Shown one piece after another: positions 7,890 through 15,991 of a stretch of 64,000 nt of DNA. Source of the stretch: Deltaproteobacteria bacterium. Its GTDB lineage: Bacteria; Desulfobacterota; Desulfobaccia; Desulfobaccales; 0-14-0-80-60-11. The position numbers were made by a program, and so were the translations under genes. The notes beneath the pieces were generated by a model that was not told the origin of the DNA, made no database searches, and saw nothing but the letters and a program-made list of their open reading frames with translations. Position 1 is the stretch's first letter, and each line of letters opens with the position of its first letter. The stretch covers positions 2,408 to 66,407 of the forward strand of contig JAPLJC010000033.1 in NCBI GenBank assembly GCA_026388765.1, read 5' to 3'.

Positions 7890-9332
7890 CTACTTCACCG
7901 CCTTCAAGGCCCGGCGCTGGGCCGGCAGATTGTTGGTGGGGTGGGCGTCCCCGGCCGCCGCCGCAGTTTTGTCTGCGGGCAGCGCATCTTCCAGCTGATC
8001 CACCGGCTCTACTTCCGCCCCCAGCAGCGAGGCTATCTCGCAGAAGCCCCGGGCGGCCGTGTCGGCGGTCACCCAACCCTGAGTCTCGGCGATCATCAGG
8101 GCCTGGGCCGCCTGGAGCATCACCTGGCCCACCGTGGTCAGGTCCTTGGAGGAGAGCTCCGGGAAGAAGAGGTCGTATTCCCGGTTGATCCCCGCGGGCA
8201 GCACCCGCCGCATCTGCGCCTGGTCCAGGAAAAACTCGAACTGCGCCTGGAGCATGGCCTTGACCTGGCCCTGGCGGCTGCTGAGGTGCTTGATCACCGG
8301 CTCGCTCATTTCCGCCGCGGTGGAGCGGGTGGCGCCGCCGCCCTCGGCGAAGAAATGTTCGGGGAAACCCGCCCCGCCCAGAACGTAATTCTTGATCATG
8401 CGGGCGTCGTATTGGGCGTCGTGGGCCTTCAGGTCCGGGGCCACGCAGGTCCACTCGACATTTTCATTGTGGGCCCGGATACTGCCCGGCTTGGGCGCCG
8501 GGTTCTTGGCCAGAAAGTCGTCGAGTCTCTTGGGGTCGGCTCCCTTGACCAGCACGTCCCAGATCCAGGCATTGCCGAAGGCGGCCCGCTCCCCCCGGTT
8601 GAAGAGGAACTGGTTATAGAGGTCCAGGTAGTCGGCCAGGGCCACCAGGTCGCTGCGGCCCCGGGAGGCCGTGGTGACGTTGTTCACCCGGAAATAGAAG
8701 CTCTCGCCGGTGTTGAAGCCGTAGGTCTGCCCGAAGGCGTTGAGGTCCGGCGAAACCACGGTCAGGGAGCGGTTCACCGCGGTCTGGCTGATGGGCATAT
8801 CATACATCTGCCCCGCCACCTCGCCCAGTCCGTAGACCTCGATGCCGCGCACCACCCGGGCGTTATCCGGGTCCAGGTGCACCGCGGCGATGCGAGCCGG
8901 GTCGAGATAGCCCTTGCGCACAAAGCCGTCGACGGGGTTGACGTAGACCGGGTAGCACTGCTCGCCCCAGAGGCCGAATTCCAGGACCTCCTGGGGGAAG
9001 TAGAGCTCGAAGTTGTTGATCGGGTCCTTCCAGTGCCGATCCAACACGGCCTGCACCCGGTCATCCTTGGCCTCGTATTTGACCCCTTCGGCCACCACGT
9101 AATCCCGGGTCATCTGAATGATGCGCCGGGCCAGGGGGTCGGTCTCGTAGAGGTAATAGACCACCCGCAGCAGCCGGTCCTGGGCGAAGGGCAGTAGATC
9201 CCGCTGCAGGTTGCCCGACAGCCGCCGCCAGCCCTCATCGTCCGGACTACCCCCGGCCTCGCTGGGATACCAGACGGCTTCCCGGAAGGCGGTGGCGGCG
9301 GCTTTGAAGCGTTGTTTGAGTTGCAGGGCCAT
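7890..9332 (-). CDS. Portal protein
   Basis: A ~480-aa ORF between the terminase and the MuF-like gene, with portal-like sequence character. The track ORF starts at 9374. I prefer the ATG at 9332 because the hairpins at 9347-9401 would otherwise be coding. Confidence 0.8.
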   Translation of the reverse strand: MALQLKQRFKAAATAFREAVWYPSEAGGSPDDEGWRRLSGNLQRDLLPFAQDRLLRVVYYLYETDPLARRIIQMTRDYVVAEGVKYEAKDDRVQAVLDRHWKDPINNFELYFPQEVLEFGLWGEQCYPVYVNPVDGFVRKGYLDPARIAAVHLDPDNARVVRGIEVYGLGEVAGQMYDMPISQTAVNRSLTVVSPDLNAFGQTYGFNTGESFYFRVNNVTTASRGRSDLVALADYLDLYNQFLFNRGERAAFGNAWIWDVLVKGADPKRLDDFLAKNPAPKPGSIRAHNENVEWTCVAPDLKAHDAQYDARMIKNYVLGGAGFPEHFFAEGGGATRSTAAEMSEPVIKHLSSRQGQVKAMLQAQFEFFLDQAQMRRVLPAGINREYDLFFPELSSKDLTTVGQVMLQAAQALMIAETQGWVTADTAARGFCEIASLLGAEVEPVDQLEDALPADKTAAAAGDAHPTNNLPAQRRALKAVK

Positions 9333-9397
9333 ATCAACCTTTAGTGGCACAGGCTTCCGGCCTGTGATCCTCATGGTCGGCGGGCGGGACGCCCGCC

Positions 9398-9679
9398 CTA
9401 CACTTCCGTCTCTTCAGCCGTCACCGGCTCGAACCTGGTCCGAAATTCCTCATCGTCATAAAGAAAGCGGTCTTCAACCCCGAGATCTGATCCCAGGATT
9501 TCCCAAAGGCCCGAAGAAGATTGCACCGCCTCGATGATCTCCGGCCGGCGCCGGAACTTCCGGCCGCTCCAGGACGGTTTAGGCCCGGCGACCTTTTCGG
9601 GAGGATCGGGCCAGGGAGCCGGCCGTTCCATCTTGGCCATTTTGGGCCTTTCCACGCCTGGAGTTTTCTGCTTAGCCAT
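9398..9679 (-). CDS. Small hypothetical phage protein (93 aa)
   Basis: ATG at 9679 with a GAGGGAAG SD. The track's GTG start at 9703 would lie inside the heptamer array. Confidence 0.5.
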   Translation of the reverse strand: MAKQKTPGVERPKMAKMERPAPWPDPPEKVAGPKPSWSGRKFRRRPEIIEAVQSSSGLWEILGSDLGVEDRFLYDDEEFRTRFEPVTAEETEV

Positions 9680-9700
9680 GCTTCCCTCGCTTTGGCCTTT

Positions 9701-9735
9701 CACTGGCTACTGGCTACTGATTACTGGCTACTGCC
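9701..9735 (-). repeat. Tandem heptamer array, copy B
   Basis: CACTGGC TACTGGC TACTGAT TACTGGC TACTGCC. It starts 2 nt from the TerL stop (9738-9740) and is followed on the minus strand by AAAGGCC..SD..ATG (9679). Confidence 0.85.
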
Positions 9736-9737
9736 CT

Positions 9738-11300
9738 CTAATGCAGCCTCCCAAAACTCTGCCGAAAGCCGTCCGGCCGGCCGCTGCGGTAGGTGCCAAA
9801 ATCCGGGTCGGCGCCAACACTGACAGGCACAAAACAATATTTTTGCAGCAGGCTCACTGCACCCTCCAGGGCATCAGGACCATCGTCATGAACGGTTTTA
9901 TTGAGGATGTAGACCAACTGCTCCCGGAGGCGGTCCTGGTCGCTGTGGCCGCGCTCAAAGGTGATTTTGCCGTGCTCCACCAGGTAGGCCAGGGTGTTGA
10001 TGATCCGGGCCTCTTTATTGGTGCGATGATCTACCGGCACCCAACTGATATAGCGCCCCACCTTCAGAGCGTAATTGTCGATGGCCTCTTTCAAAAAATC
10101 CTTGAGCATGTTTTCTTCGATGCCCATCGGACCGCCGTAATCATCACTAATCCGATAACAGGCATCGAGCATGCCCCCGGGCGAGGCATGGCGAATATAG
10201 GCATGCAGGCAGCGGTACATCCCCGCCTTGGGGTCCCAACCCACCGCCGCGATGGCCTTGAAATCGCTGGCCTCCGCCTGAGTGGCACTGGGATCGCAGA
10301 AGGACGCCACCATCAGGTCCTTCATGACAATTTCGGCGGCGGTATGAAATTTGAACCAAGTTTCGGGGAAAGGGCTGTCTTCGGCGACGCAGAGATTGCG
10401 CATCTCCCGGTTGAAATTAACCGTGGTCATCAACTTGCGCTTGGCCCGGAGACGCTCCAGGGGCCAGTGCGCCGGCCACAGGGCCCGCTCGTCCGGGGTG
10501 CCTTCATCCAGCCAGGAGTCATAAACCCGCGAGATATACAGCGGCGCGCCGTCCTCCTCGTCCTTCATGGCGATGAGCTGCGACAAGACGCTCTTGGGGT
10601 GGAAGAGGTTGCCCACCATAATAAAGGTGTAGTCTTCCCCCATCGAGCCCATAACCGAGCCTTGCAAGAAATCTATGGCCGCCTTAATCAACCTGGGGTT
10701 AAGGACATTCTAGTCATTTTCAAAGTCATCCACATCCACTTCATCGGGCCGGTATTGCCGGTTGCGCAGCCCCCGGATTTTATCCTTGTGGCCCCGGGCC
10801 AGGACCCAGATGCCGGTGTTGGTGATGAAGCTGCCCTTACCCCAGGCCGGCCCCAGCAATTTCCCGAAGTCGTGCTTCAGCCTCGGGTTGTCCTCCAGCT
10901 CCATGCCGATGGCCAGGGTAAAGGTGGTGGCCTGCTCATTGGTGTCGCTCAGGATGATAATGAAATGCTTCAAGGCGAAACAAATCTTAAAGAGCTTGTC
11001 CCCCAGGGTGAAGAAGGTGGATTTGCCGAATTCCCGGGGCACCGCCATCAACAGGACGGCATTTTGCAGATCTGCCAGGTCAGCCCATTCCTGATGGAAT
11101 TCTCCAAACGGTTTGGTGAAATAATGCGGCAGGTAGGTGCGCATGAAGTACAACTTGTCGTGCCGGGCCCGCTCGATCCGGGCCTGTTGTTTCTCCGGCG
11201 TGTCGTTTTCGAAGGGCGAGACTGAATCCTGAATCCAGCCCCGGAGCTCGGCGGCGAACTGGTCGAAGTGGTATTCGCTGATTTTAGGCCGCTTGCGCAT
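9738..11300 (-). pseudogene. terL: Terminase large subunit interrupted by a single in-frame TAG at 10710-10712
   Basis: The N-terminal ORF 10710-11300 has Walker A (PREFGKST) and Walker B (IIILSD). The C-terminal ORF 9738-10691 is the nuclease half. Both are in the same frame, and the reverse complement of 10681-10712 reads TAG AAT GTC CTT AAC CCC AGG TTG ATT AAG. Confidence 0.85.
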
Positions 11301-11811
11301 GGTCTCTCTTGAAGCGCTCCACGATCAGATCAAAACTCCGGGCGAAAACCTTGAGGCCCTCGGGGTCCTTCTCCCGCAAAACCTTGGCGATGAACTGCAT
11401 GTCCTCTAAAAACAGGGCCGGTCGGTCGATTTCCGGGGCCGGGGTTTCCTCCGGACGCCGGGCGCCGGCCGCCGACTTCTTATCCAGCCGGACAAAGGCA
11501 TAAACCTTTTGAGGATCTAGCGTGCTCCGGGCCACGTCGAGCAGCTCCCGCATCAACAGAAGTTTGTCGCGCTCGATCTGCTTGAGAGTCCCCTGCCGTT
11601 CGTCCCGCTTCTCCGGCCAACTCTGGCCTTCGTTTTTCTTATCCTCCTCCGACCAACGCTTCAGTTGGCTGACGGAGACCCCTTTGTCTTCGCCGCACAC
11701 CTCTTTGACGATGGCCCGGGAGGCCTTGGCCACCTCCTCGAAATTCAGGCCGCCCTCAACGTAGAGTTCTTCGGCCCGGAACCTGACGGAGAGGGGATAT
11801 TCCTGCGGCAT
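11284..11811 (-). CDS. Putative terminase small subunit
   Basis: 175-aa ORF immediately upstream of TerL, overlapping it by 17 nt. It has an N-terminal HTH-like segment. The call rests on position. Confidence 0.5.
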   Translation of the reverse strand: MPQEYPLSVRFRAEELYVEGGLNFEEVAKASRAIVKEVCGEDKGVSVSQLKRWSEEDKKNEGQSWPEKRDERQGTLKQIERDKLLLMRELLDVARSTLDPQKVYAFVRLDKKSAAGARRPEETPAPEIDRPALFLEDMQFIAKVLREKDPEGLKVFARSFDLIVERFKRDHAQAA

Positions 11812-11813
11812 AA

Positions 11814-12083
11814 TTATCTTCCCAGAAATTCTTTGAGTTTGCCGATATCGGCCAGTTTCGCCTTCAGGTCGATCTGCTTGGCGGCCAGTTTGATCCCCAG
11901 GTCGACGATCACCTTGGCCTGGAGTTGGTTCGTCGGCAGTAGGGGGTCCAACAGATCCCGCAGCGAGTCCCGGTAGCCGGCAATGGCCAGGTCAATCGGG
12001 ACCACCTCGGTCTCCAGGACGATCAACTGACGTTCACTTTTTTGGCGCTCAAAGCTCATACTCCCTCCACTTTTTGCCGGCAC
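11814..12083 (-). CDS. Hypothetical phage protein
   Basis: 89-aa ORF in the operon. Confidence 0.45.
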   Translation of the reverse strand: MPAKSGGSMSFERQKSERQLIVLETEVVPIDLAIAGYRDSLRDLLDPLLPTNQLQAKVIVDLGIKLAAKQIDLKAKLADIGKLKEFLGR

Positions 12084-12466
12084 TTATTCACGGCGTCGCT
12101 GGCCTCTTGCATGGACTGGATATTGACCTGGATAATCCTCTCCAGGGATTCGGCGCGTCGGGCATAACGCTCCGTCAAGCGTCCGTAGTTCTCCACCAGG
12201 CGGGCATTATCGTCATATTTAGCGCTCATCTCCCGGAGGATTTGCGACATTTGCCCATTCATGCCGGCCAAATCGGCCTTGTACATCGCCAGGACGTTCT
12301 GATATTGCTCCAAGATTTTACCGTTGGCCCGGTCCTGAGTTAGCAGACTCTGAGTATGGCCCGCGGCCTGGATGCGGATGATGAAGAAAAACAGCAGGGC
12401 CATGATGGCCGGCACCCCGTAGGGGGCAATCTTATCCAGGGCACTGAGAAAGGCCGCGGTCTCCAT
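12056..12466 (-). CDS. Membrane-anchored coiled-coil protein (lysis-associated?)
   Basis: N-terminal hydrophobic helix (VPAIMALLFFFIIRI) followed by a coiled-coil. It is adjacent to the holin-like gene. Confidence 0.5.
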   Translation of the reverse strand: METAAFLSALDKIAPYGVPAIMALLFFFIIRIQAAGHTQSLLTQDRANGKILEQYQNVLAMYKADLAGMNGQMSQILREMSAKYDDNARLVENYGRLTERYARRAESLERIIQVNIQSMQEASDAVNKCRQKVEGV

Positions 12467-12694
12467 CTATTGCCCCGCGCCCGGGCCGGCGTCGATGCCG
12501 GGAAATTCTTCGGGAGGGGCCGGCGTGCCATCCTTGTTGAGCTTTAGCGTCCTCTGGATGATCTGCGCGACAGCGGTGATGACCAGCAACAGCGCCCCGG
12601 CCGCATCCACCTGGCCGGAAAGGTATGCCGTGGTCGCCGCCAGGACTGACAGCAGGCCCACTCGCACCGTGTTGGATTGCAGGTATTTATTCAT
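12467..12694 (-). CDS. Holin-like small membrane protein (75 aa)
   Basis: The ATG at 12694 gives MNKYLQSNTVRVGLLSVLAATTAYL...AGALLLVITAVAQII, with two hydrophobic helices. It lies in the lysis cassette. Confidence 0.5.
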   Translation of the reverse strand: MNKYLQSNTVRVGLLSVLAATTAYLSGQVDAAGALLLVITAVAQIIQRTLKLNKDGTPAPPEEFPGIDAGPGAGQ

Positions 12695-13016
12695 CAATCC
12701 CCCCCCCCACGTCGTAATCAGTTCCCTTCCCCGGAGGCACCCAAAGCCCCTGTTCTTTGATATTGGCCCGCACCTTCCGGAGCAATTTGATCTCCAGGTA
12801 GGCGTCCTCATCATTGATGTAATAGCGGTCGGGCCCGTCGCCGCCTTTGGTGCTTTCGCAAAAGGAATTGGTGTTGTAGTAGCCGCCCGTATGGGGATGC
12901 AGAATCTTCTGCGGCAACTGCCCGACGCACATCACCCCGTCGCCGTCGCTGTCGATGCAGAGGCAGTCCGGATCAGGACACCAGGGCGGCCGCATTAATT
13001 CGTTGGCTATCATCAT
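12687..13016 (-). CDS. Cys-rich hypothetical protein (109 aa)
   Basis: The start overlaps the endolysin stop (ATGATGA). It contains a G10 run (12699-12708) near its 3' end. Confidence 0.45.
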   Translation of the reverse strand: MMIANELMRPPWCPDPDCLCIDSDGDGVMCVGQLPQKILHPHTGGYYNTNSFCESTKGGDGPDRYYINDEDAYLEIKLLRKVRANIKEQGLWVPPGKGTDYDVGGGIDE

Positions 13017-13714
13017 AGCTTCACCCCCAGGGCCGCCAGGGTCAGGGGCCCGGTCTCGCCGTCGGCCACCAGGCCCTGGGCTTTTTGAAAGGCCTTGACC
13101 GCGGCGGCGGTCTCGGGGCCATAAACCCAATCGGTCCGGCCTTCTTCCAGGTAGCCCAGGTGATTCAAGGCGCACTGGATTTTAAAGACGACCTCGCCCC
13201 ACATCAGGGGGCTGGCCAGGTAATAAATGGTGGCCGCGGGCGTCCTCACGGGCAGGAGTGGCACCGGCTGGTACTCGATGCCCGGCACCAGAATTCCCAG
13301 GCTCCAGCGCCGGCCGTGGAGAGTGCTGGCGATCACGCCGTCGGCGTGCGAATGGGCCTCCACCGTGCCGCCTTTGCCATCCGACATGACGATATGGCCA
13401 TACTGGCCGTCCGCCGCCAGGCGCAGCACCGCGGCCCCGGGGATGGCCGCAGCCTGGTCCACCGAGATGATGCGGCCCTTGGTGCGGGCGTCCCGGGCCC
13501 AGTAGATCGTGCCGGCGTCGGCCTTGGCCGGGTCGGTGACGTCGCTATTGCAGCCGTAGAGGATTTGGGCGACTTGATAAACCGTCCAACTCAGGCCCTC
13601 GGCGCAATCCCAGGGACCGTGCCAGTTCCGGTCATTCTTGGGCACCACCACGAATTCATAGGCTTCGCCGATGCGGGTCCGCCACAGGGCCAACAGATCT
13701 TGTCCGGTTTTCAT
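13013..13714 (-). CDS. Endolysin: Cys/His hydrolase-like N-domain plus C-terminal peptidoglycan-binding domain
   Basis: The C-terminus VVFKIQCALNHLGYL...DWVYGPETAAAVKAFQKAQGLVADGETGPLT matches the PG_binding_1 pattern. The gene is flanked by spanin and holin candidates. Confidence 0.8.
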   Translation of the reverse strand: MKTGQDLLALWRTRIGEAYEFVVVPKNDRNWHGPWDCAEGLSWTVYQVAQILYGCNSDVTDPAKADAGTIYWARDARTKGRIISVDQAAAIPGAAVLRLAADGQYGHIVMSDGKGGTVEAHSHADGVIASTLHGRRWSLGILVPGIEYQPVPLLPVRTPAATIYYLASPLMWGEVVFKIQCALNHLGYLEEGRTDWVYGPETAAAVKAFQKAQGLVADGETGPLTLAALGVKL

Positions 13715-13796
13715 GATCTACCTCAAGGCGCCCCCGGGCGGCCCTGGCGGCCGTCTACTCCCCAGCAGATAGGCCCACCGCCCGGGTTTGCAGTCA

Positions 13797-14036
13797 TCAT
13801 CTCGTCAAATAATCGTCGTAAACCGCGTCCGACGCGTCTTGCAGGTCCCGGATGGCCTCTTTCAGGGCCACCGGGTTGTTCAAGTCCTGCGCCTTGATCT
13901 TGGCCCGGGGCCGGGGCAGGTGGGTTTTAGCCACGATCTCCGGGGTCGCCGGCTTAATCGTCGGTAACGAGGCCGCGGTCCCGCAACTGCTGATTAACGG
14001 CAGCATCAGGATCAGTAGCATTGACCACTTGCGCAT
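13797..14036 (-). CDS. o-spanin (Rz1-like lipoprotein), overlapped with the i-spanin gene
   Basis: MRKWSMLLILMLPLISSCG is a lipobox-type signal, and the mature part is Pro-rich. The gene starts inside 13954-14220 in another frame and extends past its stop. Confidence 0.6.
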   Translation of the reverse strand: MRKWSMLLILMLPLISSCGTAASLPTIKPATPEIVAKTHLPRPRAKIKAQDLNNPVALKEAIRDLQDASDAVYDDYLTR

Positions 14037-14220
14037 GGGCCTGTTCCTTCTTGGCTTCCACCTTGGCATGGATCTGCTGCATCTCGGCGGCCTTGACTTC
14101 CACGGCCGCGGCTTGCTCTTTCTGGTCCTCGGCCTCATAAGTGGCCGCGGCCGCCTGTCCGGCCGCAACCACTTTGGGGCCAAAAATCTTGGCTAAGAGC
14201 CAGAGGAAAAAAGCTTTCAT
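13954..14220 (-). CDS. i-spanin (Rz-like): N-terminal TM plus coiled-coil
   Basis: MKAFFLWLLAKIFGPKVVAAG, then an Ala/Glu/Lys/Gln-rich helix. It lies upstream of the endolysin. Confidence 0.6.
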   Translation of the reverse strand: MKAFFLWLLAKIFGPKVVAAGQAAAATYEAEDQKEQAAAVEVKAAEMQQIHAKVEAKKEQAHAQVVNATDPDAAVNQQLRDRGLVTDD

Positions 14221-14369
14221 TCGCCGTCATCCGTTTCCAACTGCTTAAAATTTTGCCAAATCAGCCCGACCGGAATCTCCAAAAACCAATCGAATCTCAT
14301 CTGCTCCGCCCGGTTCCAGTCGGCATAGGCCCCGCGGTTGGGAGGCGAGTAGAACTGGCCCACCTCCAT
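14217..14369 (-). CDS. Small hypothetical protein (50 aa)
   Basis: Translated by hand as MEVGQFYSPPNRGAYADWNRAEQMRFDWFLEIPVGLIWQNFKQLETDDGE. Its stop overlaps the next ATG (ATGA). It is below the track size cutoff. Confidence 0.35.
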   Translation of the reverse strand: MEVGQFYSPPNRGAYADWNRAEQMRFDWFLEIPVGLIWQNFKQLETDDGE

Positions 14370-14389
14370 CCGCAGCGCCCCGGCCTGGC

Positions 14390-14788
14390 TTATTGAGCTG
14401 CAGCCGGAGCGTTCGGTATAGGGTTTGCCGTCGGTATCGGAATGCCGGCGGCCTTGGCGTCCACCTGGACCTGCTGGGCCTGGAGTTTCAGTTGGTCAGC
14501 CACCCCCTTTTTGACGCAATATTGATCGCGCAGGCCGCCGCCCAGGGCCAGGGCGGTATCCGTGGCCACCACCGTGCTTTTCACCCGTTCATCCTGGGAT
14601 CCCGGCATGACTTCCTTGCCGGCGATGGCCGTGGCCGAGGCCACCACGGCGGGATAGAGGATTTCCAGGGTGGACATGGCCGCCTGCACCTGTTTCATGG
14701 CGTCGGGGTTCTCGCAGCAGCCGCCCAGCGCCAGCGCCAGGAGCACCAGCAGGATAACCGACCACAAATTCAGTGACTTTTTCATCAT
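14390..14788 (-). CDS. Phage-encoded lipoprotein (132 aa)
   Basis: MMKKSLNLWSVILLVLLALALGGC is a lipobox. A strong SD (GGGAGAAAG) precedes the ATG at 14788. Confidence 0.65.
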   Translation of the reverse strand: MMKKSLNLWSVILLVLLALALGGCCENPDAMKQVQAAMSTLEILYPAVVASATAIAGKEVMPGSQDERVKSTVVATDTALALGGGLRDQYCVKKGVADQLKLQAQQVQVDAKAAGIPIPTANPIPNAPAAAQ

Positions 14789-14925
14789 CTTTCTCCCGTG
14801 CAGAATGCCGTTTAAATTTTCCTTGAATCCATGCTTCCCATTTAAGCAAAAAATCAAGGCTTTGTGGGGGTTGAGTTCGCTTAAACTGACCGGGAGTTCG
14901 CTTAGATTTCAGCGCCGCCAAAAAA

Positions 14926-15105
14926 TCAGGGGACATCTTTTTTTTTAAAGGCCTCCACCGCCTCCCGGAAGACCCGGGTTTGGCGCTGGCCCGGATTTTC
15001 CGCCGTTAAGTCGCCCCGCTGGATTAACTTTTCTATCCAGCGCCGGCTAAACCCCAATTCCCGGGCCGCCACGTTCACCGGCATCGTGTCCCGCTTGCTC
15101 TCCAT
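14926..15105 (-). CDS. Small HTH DNA-binding protein (excisionase/AlpA-like)
   Basis: MESKRDTMPVNVAARELGFSRRWIEKLIQRGDL is HTH-like. The ATG at 15105 has a GGAG SD, whereas the track start at 15207 is a TTG. Confidence 0.6.
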   Translation of the reverse strand: MESKRDTMPVNVAARELGFSRRWIEKLIQRGDLTAENPGQRQTRVFREAVEAFKKKDVP

Positions 15106-15260
15106 CACCAACTCCAATCGAACCAGAGAACCGGCCAGACGCGGGTGTAATATTGCCGGTCTGAAAAAGCGCGGCCCACAGCGAGGACATAGTCCTGCAT
15201 TTTCCAAATCCCCAGGTTCGATGCCCTGATCTGACTGATAATCCAGATGTAATGGGTCAT
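15105..15260 (-). CDS. Trp-rich small ORF (51 aa), speculative
   Basis: Hand translation gives MTHYIWIISQIRASNLGIWKMQDYVLAVGRAFSDRQYYTRVWPVLWFDWSW. Its stop overlaps the next ATG (TGATG). Confidence 0.25.
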   Translation of the reverse strand: MTHYIWIISQIRASNLGIWKMQDYVLAVGRAFSDRQYYTRVWPVLWFDWSW

Positions 15261-15267
15261 AGGTCCC

Positions 15268-15659
15268 TCAAAAATAGCCCAGGTCCTCAGCCACTTTCCG
15301 GGTCATGGTCTTTCTGTCCCAAGGCCGTTTTTTCGGCTTTTTTAGGGCCGGCATTCCACTTTGCGGATCCTCGGAGGCCTCCCCCTGGGGGAGATCTCGC
15401 GTCGGCCGTCCCACTTCGCCCCGATCCGGCCCGGCGGGAACCGCCGCCATTGGACGGTCAGGCGCCCCCCCCCCCCCGCACTTTTCGACTCGAAGACCTC
15501 GCAAAGGCGGCTGAGGCCATCCAGCCACTTGCCCTGCACCTCCGGGGACCAGGCCGGGTCGAAGATGGGAAACTTGGCCAGCAATTGGTTGCGCCAGTCG
15601 TTGCCGCCTGGCGGCGGGGCCTTGACCGCTGCCTGATGGATGGCAATATTATTGGCCAC
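15268..15659 (-). pseudogene. Hypothetical phage gene split across two frames at a 13-nt homopolymer (C13 on plus, G13 on the coding strand)
   Basis: The N-terminal part is in the frame of ORF 15342-15659 (MANNIAIHQAAVK...FESKSAGGGG). The plausible C-terminus is in the frame of ORF 15268-15528 (...GGGGAPDRP...KKPKKRPWDRKTMTRKVAEDLGYF). The run lies at 15465-15477. Confidence 0.5.
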
Positions 15660-15695
15660 TCGTTTGGCACCCGAGGCCTTAGCTGATTCTTGAAG

Positions 15696-15727
15696 GCAAA
15701 TTTTGGGAATTATATACTTAACTCCCT
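15696..15727. repeat. Left arm of the ~32-bp inverted repeat flanking the AT-rich cassette
   Basis: GCAAATTTTGGGAATTATATACTTAACTCCCT compared with the reverse complement of 15994-16026, GCAAAATTTGGGGAATTATATACTTAACTCCCT: one mismatch and one indel. Confidence 0.85.
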
Positions 15728-15982
15728 TTTTAAAAATTCATCGAGACTGTTATATCCATCTTTCCATTCAACCGCTGAAAACCATTGGAATCCTCCCCTA
15801 TACATCCCTTGGCTTTCTGCCGTCATAAAAGAGCGCAGTTTATGGCGTATATTGGGGAAATTATGTTTTGTAAGTGCCATTTTACCTTTAGGAGTATTAA
15901 ATATTTCCTTTAGGGTCAAAGATGGTATATAACCGCGCCTCTTAATGTGTTTCAAAATCTCAACTTCATTATCTGTCAGCAT
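15710..15982 (-). CDS. AT-rich ORF (90 aa) inside the inverted-repeat cassette, unknown function
   Basis: ORF track entry. It is visibly AT-rich compared with its flanks. The N-terminus MLTDNEVEILKHIKRRG is vaguely HTH-like. Confidence 0.5.
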   Translation of the reverse strand: MLTDNEVEILKHIKRRGYIPSLTLKEIFNTPKGKMALTKHNFPNIRHKLRSFMTAESQGMYRGGFQWFSAVEWKDGYNSLDEFLKRELSI

Positions 15983-15991
15983 TTTTTGCCT

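Noticed and set aside
10710-10712. Reading the TerL amber codon as evidence for genome-wide or phage-wide TAG reassignment or pyrrolysine.
   Set aside because: TAG serves as the apparent genuine stop of the portal gene, of TerL itself and of ORF 9398-9679. No pyl genes or suppressor tRNA are visible in the window. It is kept only as an unlikely alternative in the finding.
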